Translations under genes and position numbers: made by a program
Origin: a virus
Length of the DNA: 64,000 nucleotides
Reading direction: 5' to 3' (one strand)
Virus record (IMG/VR): IMGVR_UViG_3300042290_000327
Coordinates: 32,001 to 96,000 of that record
Notes under the pieces: generated by a model
What the model was told of the DNA's origin: nothing
The model's input: the letters and a program-made list of their open reading frames with translations, nothing else
The model's database searches: none
In this document: one piece after another, positions 57,651-64,000 of the stretch
Numbering within the stretch: the first letter of the stretch is position 1
How the letters are laid out: every line of letters starts with the position of its first letter

Positions 57651-58562
57651 ATGGGAGGAAACGTATTTGGAACTACAGATAAGATTAACAGGGAGGATAT
57701 CAAACCTACCCTGCTTAACTTTTTAAAAGAATTCAAAAGGTTATTCCCCGCAGCCGAACCGCACTTCAGGCAGATGCAGACCCTAGGCTCTGCCGGCAAG
57801 AAAGAGGTATCTGGAGATATCGATTTAGCGATCTCAGACCAAAGCTTTGATAAGATCCAGGACTGGGGTTTAGATCAGAAGCACGTTCAGGAGCTCTTTG
57901 AACTTTTTAAGAAGAGATCTAGGACAGCCTCTGAAGACCAGCTTATGAAAAGAGCAGTGATCGTAGCTATTGCCGAAAAAATCCAAGAGTCTGATACCAA
58001 CCTTGCTGTTGATGTAAAAGGATCTTCCGCAGGAGCGCTATTCCTCCAAGCCCCTCAGTTCAACGAGGCAGGAGAGCAATTAGAGAAGAACGTTCAGATT
58101 GATATAAACGTAGGAGATATAGACTGGCTTAAGTTCGCTTATTATTCTAGCGTTTATTCCGGTAACGTTAAGGGCCTGCATAGGACCCAGCTCCTGGTAG
58201 CTTTATTTGCTAACAAAGGATATATCTTCTCCCATAACTACGGAGTTAAGAACAAAGACACCCAGGAAGTAGAAGCTAAAACTCCTGCCCAGGCCATCGA
58301 GCTACTAAACAAACTCTACGGCGCTGATTTCAGCAATGAGATATTAGAGAACTATTTTAGCATCATTGAATCCCTTAAGAAGAACTTAAGTGAGCAGGAC
58401 CTTAACAGAGTCTACGACATCTACCTTAAGATACTTGACAGCACCCGGGCCGATATCCCGGAAGATCTTCAGGATTACTGGATCGCCAGCCAGGAGAGGT
58501 TACAGCTAAAGGGTAAATTCTTACCCGAGGATTCAAATCTTATAAAGTACCAGATTAAATGA
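57651..58562 (+). CDS. Pol-beta-superfamily nucleotidyltransferase
   Basis: LGSAGKK..SGDIDL and VQID third aspartate; late motif at 57606. Confidence 0.75.
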   Translation: MGGNVFGTTDKINREDIKPTLLNFLKEFKRLFPAAEPHFRQMQTLGSAGKKEVSGDIDLAISDQSFDKIQDWGLDQKHVQELFELFKKRSRTASEDQLMKRAVIVAIAEKIQESDTNLAVDVKGSSAGALFLQAPQFNEAGEQLEKNVQIDINVGDIDWLKFAYYSSVYSGNVKGLHRTQLLVALFANKGYIFSHNYGVKNKDTQEVEAKTPAQAIELLNKLYGADFSNEILENYFSIIESLKKNLSEQDLNRVYDIYLKILDSTRADIPEDLQDYWIASQERLQLKGKFLPEDSNLIKYQIK

Positions 58563-61402
58563 GCGGTGTAGCAGGAGGAAATAGAATCAAGAGACAGAAC
58601 GTCCAGGATACGTTTAACGATTTTACTGAGAAGGTACTCAGTAAGATCCCGGGCTATAAAGTCTCTAGTCTTTCCGGGAGCGTGAAAGCAGGTTCAAAGC
58701 CTGACTTCGGTGACCTAGACATTATCGCTACCTTTGAGTATGATGATAAGAAAGTAGCCAAGCAGGCGATCATCGATACGGTATCAAAGATGCCGGACTC
58801 CTTGATTATACCTTTTAAGAGCGAGAGGTATGCCGGTAAAAGATTCTACAATTCAGGAGAGATCATCTCAGTACTGTATCCTATCAAAGGAGCACCCGGT
58901 GAATCTATTCAGGTAGATATCATGGTATCGCTTTCAGAAGTAGAGCATCAGTTTAAGAACTCATTCCTAGACCTACCCGCAGAAGTGCAGGGTTTGATCT
59001 TAGGATTAGTTAAGACTGCGCTGCTGGAGCAGGATCCGGCCGAAGTATTTGCCCGTCTGGGAATCAAGAACGTACCGCCTTTAGAAGCAAATCAGGAATA
59101 TGAATTCAACCTCTCTAGTGTAAATTTAACCCTTAGAAAAGTAACTCTGGATAACTTTAAAGAAGTAGCTAGAGAAGAGATTTGGAAATCCAATAACTGG
59201 GAGGATATTAAAAACCTTCTTAAGGACTTTGATTTAAGCCAGCCTTTTGAAAAACTTTTAGACCAGGTCACAAGCTCGCTAAAAAATCCTAGAAGCAAGA
59301 ACCGCGTAGCGGGAATCTTCCGCTCAATGGTATCGGTTAAGTCCGGGGAAGTAGGTACTCCTAAAGGAGATAATAAAGAGAAGGCTTTAGCGGCCGTTGC
59401 TCAAACGCTAACTGAAGCAGAAGGAACTGTGATCGGACTTTATGGGGGCGGCTTTAAGCCACCTCACCGCGGTCACTTCCACATCGCTAAAGAGCTAGGC
59501 AAGGATGTAGATTTAATTAAGATTTACATCGGTGGTAGGATCAGAGAAGGAGAAATAATCACAGCTCAGCAGTCAAAAGAGATCTGGGAGGTATATGCAA
59601 AGTACTTAGGTAAGCCTACCGAGATTGAAATCGCTCCGATCACACCTATCCTTTCAATCTACCAGGAGATCGAAGCTAACCCAAAGCAAGACTACGTAGT
59701 AGGTTCTTCTAGCGATCCGGGAGATGCAGGTAAATTTAAAGCTTTACAGCTCAACAAAGACAATTTCTACGATAAAGCAAAATTAAAAATTGTGTCAACG
59801 ATCAACGAAGAAAAACTATCTGCTACCACAGTCAGAACAGATGCCGACTACCTAAAAACAGGTCAATGGATGCCTGAAGAACTTTCAGCAGACGATAAAA
59901 AAGTAGTACTCGGAATTTTAAAAGCAACTCCTGAGTACAAAATGGCTGAAGCCATCGATGATGTATTTAGTAACTTCCTAGGAGAAAGCAAAAAAGAAAA
60001 AGCTGAAAAGCAAGAAGAGACTTCGGAAGTTAGTATGGGTACCCCCGTCACCCCGATCTCGGTCGTCCCATCGGTAGTCCGTCAAAGGATGCAAGACCTT
60101 ACGGTTTACTTTCGGGATTTAGCCCCGGATGATGTCATCGTTGATTTCAACGGTCAGTCGATCGTCATTACCCCGATGATCTACAACAAGGCTGAACCGA
60201 CAGGACCTGCTGACTTTACACCCCAGCAAAAACCCATCAACGAATTAGGAACGTACTTCAACTACGTACCGTATATCGCCGGGATACTGGAGCATATGAT
60301 AACTAAAGGTATGAAGGTAGTCCCGCTACCGGAGATCAAAACCAGACAAGATGAAGAAAACGCTGCTAAGACTTTTGGTAAGACTGCTACGTATGATCCT
60401 GGTAAGAAAGAAGTCGTGCTGTATGTGACAGGCCGTCACCCCAAAGACGTCATGAGGTCTTTTTGTCATGAGATGATTCATCATATGCAGAATCTAGAAG
60501 GACGTCTGCCGATGATTGCTACCACCAACACCCAGGAGGATTCAGCGTTAAACGAGATTGAAAAAGAGGCACATTTTAAAGGAAGTATGCTTATGAGGGA
60601 GTATGAGGATTCGATCAAAAATCAAGATACCCTAGAAGAAGGTACTAAATACCGCTCCATCGTTGCTGATGTTAGACAGGCTGTTAACGATGCTTTAAAC
60701 GTTTTAATATCGGGTAAAAAGCTAAAAGGGTATAACCTTAAGACCTTAAGAGAACCTAAGAAGAAAGACGTTGAAACTGCCAAGGAATACGGGATGTCTC
60801 CTTTAGGAGTTATGCTATCAACTGAATACCAGACCGCTTACCTGGGCAAGTTCACAAGCCAGAGTGAGAAAGGTACAAGAACAGAAGACGGTAAACCGAT
60901 CACTGTAGAAGTTAACCTAAAGTTTGCTCAATCTAATGAGGTCAAGCCCGGGGAGTACTACATCGACGGAGAAGCTTCATCAGAAGACGGAGAACTAGAT
61001 ATTATTCTAGCGTTTAATCCCGGTGACGGTGCTAGCATCCTTCAAAAGATCCAATCTACTTTGACCGATCTTATCCGTCATGAGACCGAACACCTTACCC
61101 AGTCCGGAGCTCAGCTCCAGCCCACCAAATGGATGAGGGGTGACCTAGCCATGCGCAAGAGGATCAGACAGAATCCAGAGACATTCTACAAGTACTTCAT
61201 GCTACCTAAAGAAGTGGATGCAAACATCCAAGGACTTTACATGAAAGCAAACTACGACAAGACTGACTTTCAGTCAACTGTCGATCAGTACTTAGATAGC
61301 CTGGTTGATACCGGGGTAATATCGATAGAGAAGAGGAAAGAAGTCTACGATAAGTTTAAAGCCCGGATCCCTCAGATCGGAGGCATACCAAATCTTAACT
61401 AA
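58559..61402 (+). CDS. Multidomain protein: Pol-beta NTase, HIGH-class nucleotidyltransferase and two HExxH zincin-like domains
   Basis: SGS....DFGDLDI...QVD; GGFKPPHRGHF...LSATTVR; HEMIHH.Q...E.EA; HETEH..Q...EVDA. Confidence 0.75.
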   Translation: MSGVAGGNRIKRQNVQDTFNDFTEKVLSKIPGYKVSSLSGSVKAGSKPDFGDLDIIATFEYDDKKVAKQAIIDTVSKMPDSLIIPFKSERYAGKRFYNSGEIISVLYPIKGAPGESIQVDIMVSLSEVEHQFKNSFLDLPAEVQGLILGLVKTALLEQDPAEVFARLGIKNVPPLEANQEYEFNLSSVNLTLRKVTLDNFKEVAREEIWKSNNWEDIKNLLKDFDLSQPFEKLLDQVTSSLKNPRSKNRVAGIFRSMVSVKSGEVGTPKGDNKEKALAAVAQTLTEAEGTVIGLYGGGFKPPHRGHFHIAKELGKDVDLIKIYIGGRIREGEIITAQQSKEIWEVYAKYLGKPTEIEIAPITPILSIYQEIEANPKQDYVVGSSSDPGDAGKFKALQLNKDNFYDKAKLKIVSTINEEKLSATTVRTDADYLKTGQWMPEELSADDKKVVLGILKATPEYKMAEAIDDVFSNFLGESKKEKAEKQEETSEVSMGTPVTPISVVPSVVRQRMQDLTVYFRDLAPDDVIVDFNGQSIVITPMIYNKAEPTGPADFTPQQKPINELGTYFNYVPYIAGILEHMITKGMKVVPLPEIKTRQDEENAAKTFGKTATYDPGKKEVVLYVTGRHPKDVMRSFCHEMIHHMQNLEGRLPMIATTNTQEDSALNEIEKEAHFKGSMLMREYEDSIKNQDTLEEGTKYRSIVADVRQAVNDALNVLISGKKLKGYNLKTLREPKKKDVETAKEYGMSPLGVMLSTEYQTAYLGKFTSQSEKGTRTEDGKPITVEVNLKFAQSNEVKPGEYYIDGEASSEDGELDIILAFNPGDGASILQKIQSTLTDLIRHETEHLTQSGAQLQPTKWMRGDLAMRKRIRQNPETFYKYFMLPKEVDANIQGLYMKANYDKTDFQSTVDQYLDSLVDTGVISIEKRKEVYDKFKARIPQIGGIPNLN

Positions 61403-61404
61403 AG

Positions 61405-61965
61405 ATGGGAATATTAGCAGATTTACTACTTACTGAAGAAGAGCAGAATCCAAAACCTAAAGGCAAGCTCTACTGTGATATGGACGGAGTGCTGACAGAC
61501 TTCGATCAGAGGTTTGATCACTACTTTGAAATGCTTCCAGCCGAGTATGAAGAACGGAGAGGCAAGGCAGGGTTCTGGAGTGCCATCGCCCCGATCGGGC
61601 AGATCTTCTGGGAAGGAATGGAATGGACCCCTTACGGGAAAGTTTTATGGAAGCACATCCAGGATTTTAACCCTACTTTACTTACCGCTCCTTCATCCGA
61701 GCAATCATCCAGAGACGGGAAAGTCGAGTGGGCGAATAGAGAACTTGATCCTATCCCTCCTATCATCTTTAGACAAGCTAAAGAAAAGCACCTAGAATGC
61801 TCCGGACCCGATGACATCTTGATCGATGACCGGGAAGATACTATCGAGAGATGGAAAGATGCCGGAGGAATAGGAATTTATCACCCCAAGAACGGGGATC
61901 CCACCTTAATTATCAGAAGATTAGAAACACTAGGTTATGTCAAGCCATCTAAAGAAGGAATTTGA
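61405..61965 (+). CDS. HAD-family 5'(3')-nucleotidase-like phosphatase
   Basis: CDMDGVL.DF, LTAP, GK..W, LIDDR...W..AGG.GI. Confidence 0.85.
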   Translation: MGILADLLLTEEEQNPKPKGKLYCDMDGVLTDFDQRFDHYFEMLPAEYEERRGKAGFWSAIAPIGQIFWEGMEWTPYGKVLWKHIQDFNPTLLTAPSSEQSSRDGKVEWANRELDPIPPIIFRQAKEKHLECSGPDDILIDDREDTIERWKDAGGIGIYHPKNGDPTLIIRRLETLGYVKPSKEGI

Positions 61966-62509
61966 TGAGAGGGCTGTAAACAGAGCCCGGAACCTCATCA
62001 CTAAAAATTTTAACAGCCGGACCATGGTCGGTTTAGGGTACGAGAAGGTAAAGCAAAAGCATACCGAGGGCGAAACCTGGCTAGAAGATGGTAGGACCTG
62101 GACCATTAAAAACGGTGTTAGACAGAATGTCACCAAACTCGACGGTGCTAAGAAGCTAGCTCAGACCCCGCTCATCTGCCCTAAATGCAGCGGTTCTATG
62201 AACCATCACCTGGCTAAAAAAATGTATAAGATCCACGGCTTTTGCTTTGATTGTACCATCGATATGGAGGCAGGTCTTAGACGAGCCGGGTTATACCAGG
62301 AGTATGAAAAGCAGATGATGCAAGGCAACATGCAGGGCTGGGCTGAGGGTCTGCAGCAATGGATGATCGAGCAGCTAGGAGAGTCAATCTCCTTCGTTAC
62401 CGAGGACGGTACAGTAGAGGACTGGGGAAACAATCCTGCCCGGCAAAAAGCCGAAATCATCAAGAACGTCAATCAATATCTTGACCACCTGAAGAAGCAC
62501 CTGGAGTAA
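61937..62509 (+). CDS. Hypothetical zinc-binding protein
   Basis: EG..W...GR.WTIKNG, CPKC...CFDC. Confidence 0.6.
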   Translation: MSSHLKKEFDERAVNRARNLITKNFNSRTMVGLGYEKVKQKHTEGETWLEDGRTWTIKNGVRQNVTKLDGAKKLAQTPLICPKCSGSMNHHLAKKMYKIHGFCFDCTIDMEAGLRRAGLYQEYEKQMMQGNMQGWAEGLQQWMIEQLGESISFVTEDGTVEDWGNNPARQKAEIIKNVNQYLDHLKKHLE

Positions 62510-62529
62510 CTATTTATAAAGAAACTTGA

Positions 62530-63459
62530 ATGATTTTAACTGAGTCAAAAGTTACGACAGTACTAACGGAAGGTCTTCGCTACCATTTGCAGACCGGCAA
62601 TCCTTTATACGAGAATATTTACCGTCCAGGGTCAGAGGAATACTTCAACACTATTCGTCAGGCACGTCTGCTTATGAACGAAGGTCTGCTACAGAATCTA
62701 TGTCTAGAAGATATGGAGCTTTTGTTTGAAACCCAGGTAGGTGAGTATGCAGAATTCGAAGGTAAAAAAGTACCTTTAGACTTCCCGATGCTAGAGGAGA
62801 TTACTTTTGTAATCCCCGACGCTGAAGCAACCTGGCTTCAAGCCTCTACAAATCCTCAGATCTTTAAGATGGGAGAACAGCAGTGGAAAAAGCTTTCTGA
62901 TATATCCAAAGCGTCCGGAGGATTCGGATATACTGCAAAGTACTCCGACATCGACCCCGTTATGGAAGATCCGGCAACAGGTGAGCTAGTTACTTTTACT
63001 GACAGTGATCAGGTCCAGATGCCCGTAGTCCTGAAGTACCAGGAGGCAGGAGTAGTAAAGTACGAGATCGTAGTAGGAGAAGATATCCTTCACAGCCTGA
63101 TTGACTCAGGTACCAATCCCGACCCCGATATCTGGGTTGTGGACATTACAAGCGAGGCACTAGCCGAGGCTAAGTACCAGGGCAAGGAAGTAGCTTTGAA
63201 TAAACCTAAAAGAGGAGGACCTAAGAAGTTCTTCGTTTACACCCGCAACCCTAAGACCGGCAAAACTATCAAAGTTAACTTCGGAGGCACTACAGGACTG
63301 ACCGCTAAGATCAACAATCCTGAAGCACGCCGTAACTTTGCCAGCCGTCACAACTGCGATCAGAAAAACGATAAAACCAAGCCCGGGTACTGGTCTTGCA
63401 GACTCCCAAGGTACGCCAAGTTGATTGGACTTAAATCAAGCTTTGGTGGTTTCTGGTGA
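62530..63459 (+). CDS. Multidomain late protein with a C-terminal basic domain (DUF6321-like)
   Basis: LNKP.RGG.KKF.VY, KV.FG, R..F..RH.C, GYWSC; late motif at 62510. Confidence 0.6.
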   Translation: MILTESKVTTVLTEGLRYHLQTGNPLYENIYRPGSEEYFNTIRQARLLMNEGLLQNLCLEDMELLFETQVGEYAEFEGKKVPLDFPMLEEITFVIPDAEATWLQASTNPQIFKMGEQQWKKLSDISKASGGFGYTAKYSDIDPVMEDPATGELVTFTDSDQVQMPVVLKYQEAGVVKYEIVVGEDILHSLIDSGTNPDPDIWVVDITSEALAEAKYQGKEVALNKPKRGGPKKFFVYTRNPKTGKTIKVNFGGTTGLTAKINNPEARRNFASRHNCDQKNDKTKPGYWSCRLPRYAKLIGLKSSFGGFW

Positions 63460-63460
63460 T

Positions 63461-63940
63461 ATGATTAAGTTAATAGATCTTATAAAAGAAATAGGAGACT
63501 CAAGTTCTCAACCATATAAATTTGATTTTTATGGTGATTATGATGTTATGAGAGTTTATGGATTTTATACTGAAAATTATCCATATACTGTAGAATTACA
63601 ATATGATGATTTAGATTTCTATGACGAGGATACAACTAACGTATTAGGAGTAAGATTCTATGTCTCAGATGAAGATGAACCGGATTTGGAACGAGATGAT
63701 ATTGTAACAAATAAAGGTGAACTGTTTAGAGTTATGGCAACTGTAACAGCTATTATTAAAAAAGATATTCAAAATCACCCTGAAATTGATACTATAACAT
63801 TCACCCCATCAAAAAAAGAAGGTGAAACTGCAAATGTATCTAGATTAAACCTTTACACACGGTATATTAAATATGAATTCCCTAATGCTATTGTAAAACC
63901 ATATGGTACTAGTGGTGGTGTAATAGTAAAACTCAAATGA
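63461..63940 (+). CDS. Hypothetical protein
   Basis: ATG at 63461 (MIKLIDLIKEI); TN.G..FRVMATV, R.NLY.RY; more AT-rich than its neighbours. Confidence 0.6.
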   Translation: MIKLIDLIKEIGDSSSQPYKFDFYGDYDVMRVYGFYTENYPYTVELQYDDLDFYDEDTTNVLGVRFYVSDEDEPDLERDDIVTNKGELFRVMATVTAIIKKDIQNHPEIDTITFTPSKKEGETANVSRLNLYTRYIKYEFPNAIVKPYGTSGGVIVKLK

Positions 63941-64000
63941 GACCCTACACTGATCTAGAAGTTACAGACAAATACATCATCCGAGAATTTACCGAAAACA
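63937..64000 (+). CDS. 5' end of a hypothetical protein (partial)
   Basis: MRPYTDLEVTDKYIIREFTEN; ATGA-coupled; runs off the window. Confidence 0.5.
   Translation, partial: MRPYTDLEVTDKYIIREFTEN

Noticed and set aside
975-63351. Short minus-strand and alternative-frame ORFs in the track (for example 975-1193, 5200-5490, 24910-25182, 28755-29027, 61514-61795)
   Set aside because: They are shadows of well-supported + strand genes and have no motifs or promoters. Only 36731-37009 is accepted on the minus strand.
1-64000. Stop-codon reassignment, tRNA genes, introns/inteins, DGR
   Set aside because: Genes are full length under the standard code and end in TAA, TAG and TGA. I recognised no tRNA cloverleaf, reverse transcriptase, TR/VR pair or split gene by eye; tRNAscan-SE and Infernal were not run.

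Overview
A 64-kb piece of a large myovirus-type (contractile-tail) phage genome. Almost every gene lies on the + strand and uses the standard code. The host is very probably a Bacteroidota: early promoters read TTG-N19/20-TAnnTTTA, leaders are A-rich and Shine-Dalgarno sites are not evident. Order of modules: (1) 1-4.2 kb, secreted and outer-membrane-like proteins followed by a holin/GH19 endolysin/holin cassette; (2) 4.2-5.5 kb, DUF1599 plus a Cas4-like nuclease; (3) 5.5-24.8 kb, a cluster of about 22 glycosyltransferase, NDP-sugar and O-methyltransferase genes behind a late-type promoter; (4) 24.9-36.5 kb, early genes, including an origin-like repeat block at 29.9-30.9 kb and about 16 tandem cassettes that each carry a near-identical 45-60 bp promoter and leader; (5) 36.5-37.1 kb, a non-coding junction with 11-bp-phased repeats and the only convincing minus-strand gene, whose 5' and 3' UTRs can base-pair; (6) 37-41 kb, HD hydrolase, GIY-YIG protein and gp55-like sigma factor; (7) 41-55 kb, baseplate and tail genes rich in [S/T]GS; (8) 55-64 kb, kinase-like protein, primase, exonuclease, two tandem Pol-beta nucleotidyltransferases (one in a four-domain protein) and a HAD nucleotidase, several with possible capsid-targeting leaders. 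All functional calls come from motif recognition by eye; no database search was run.
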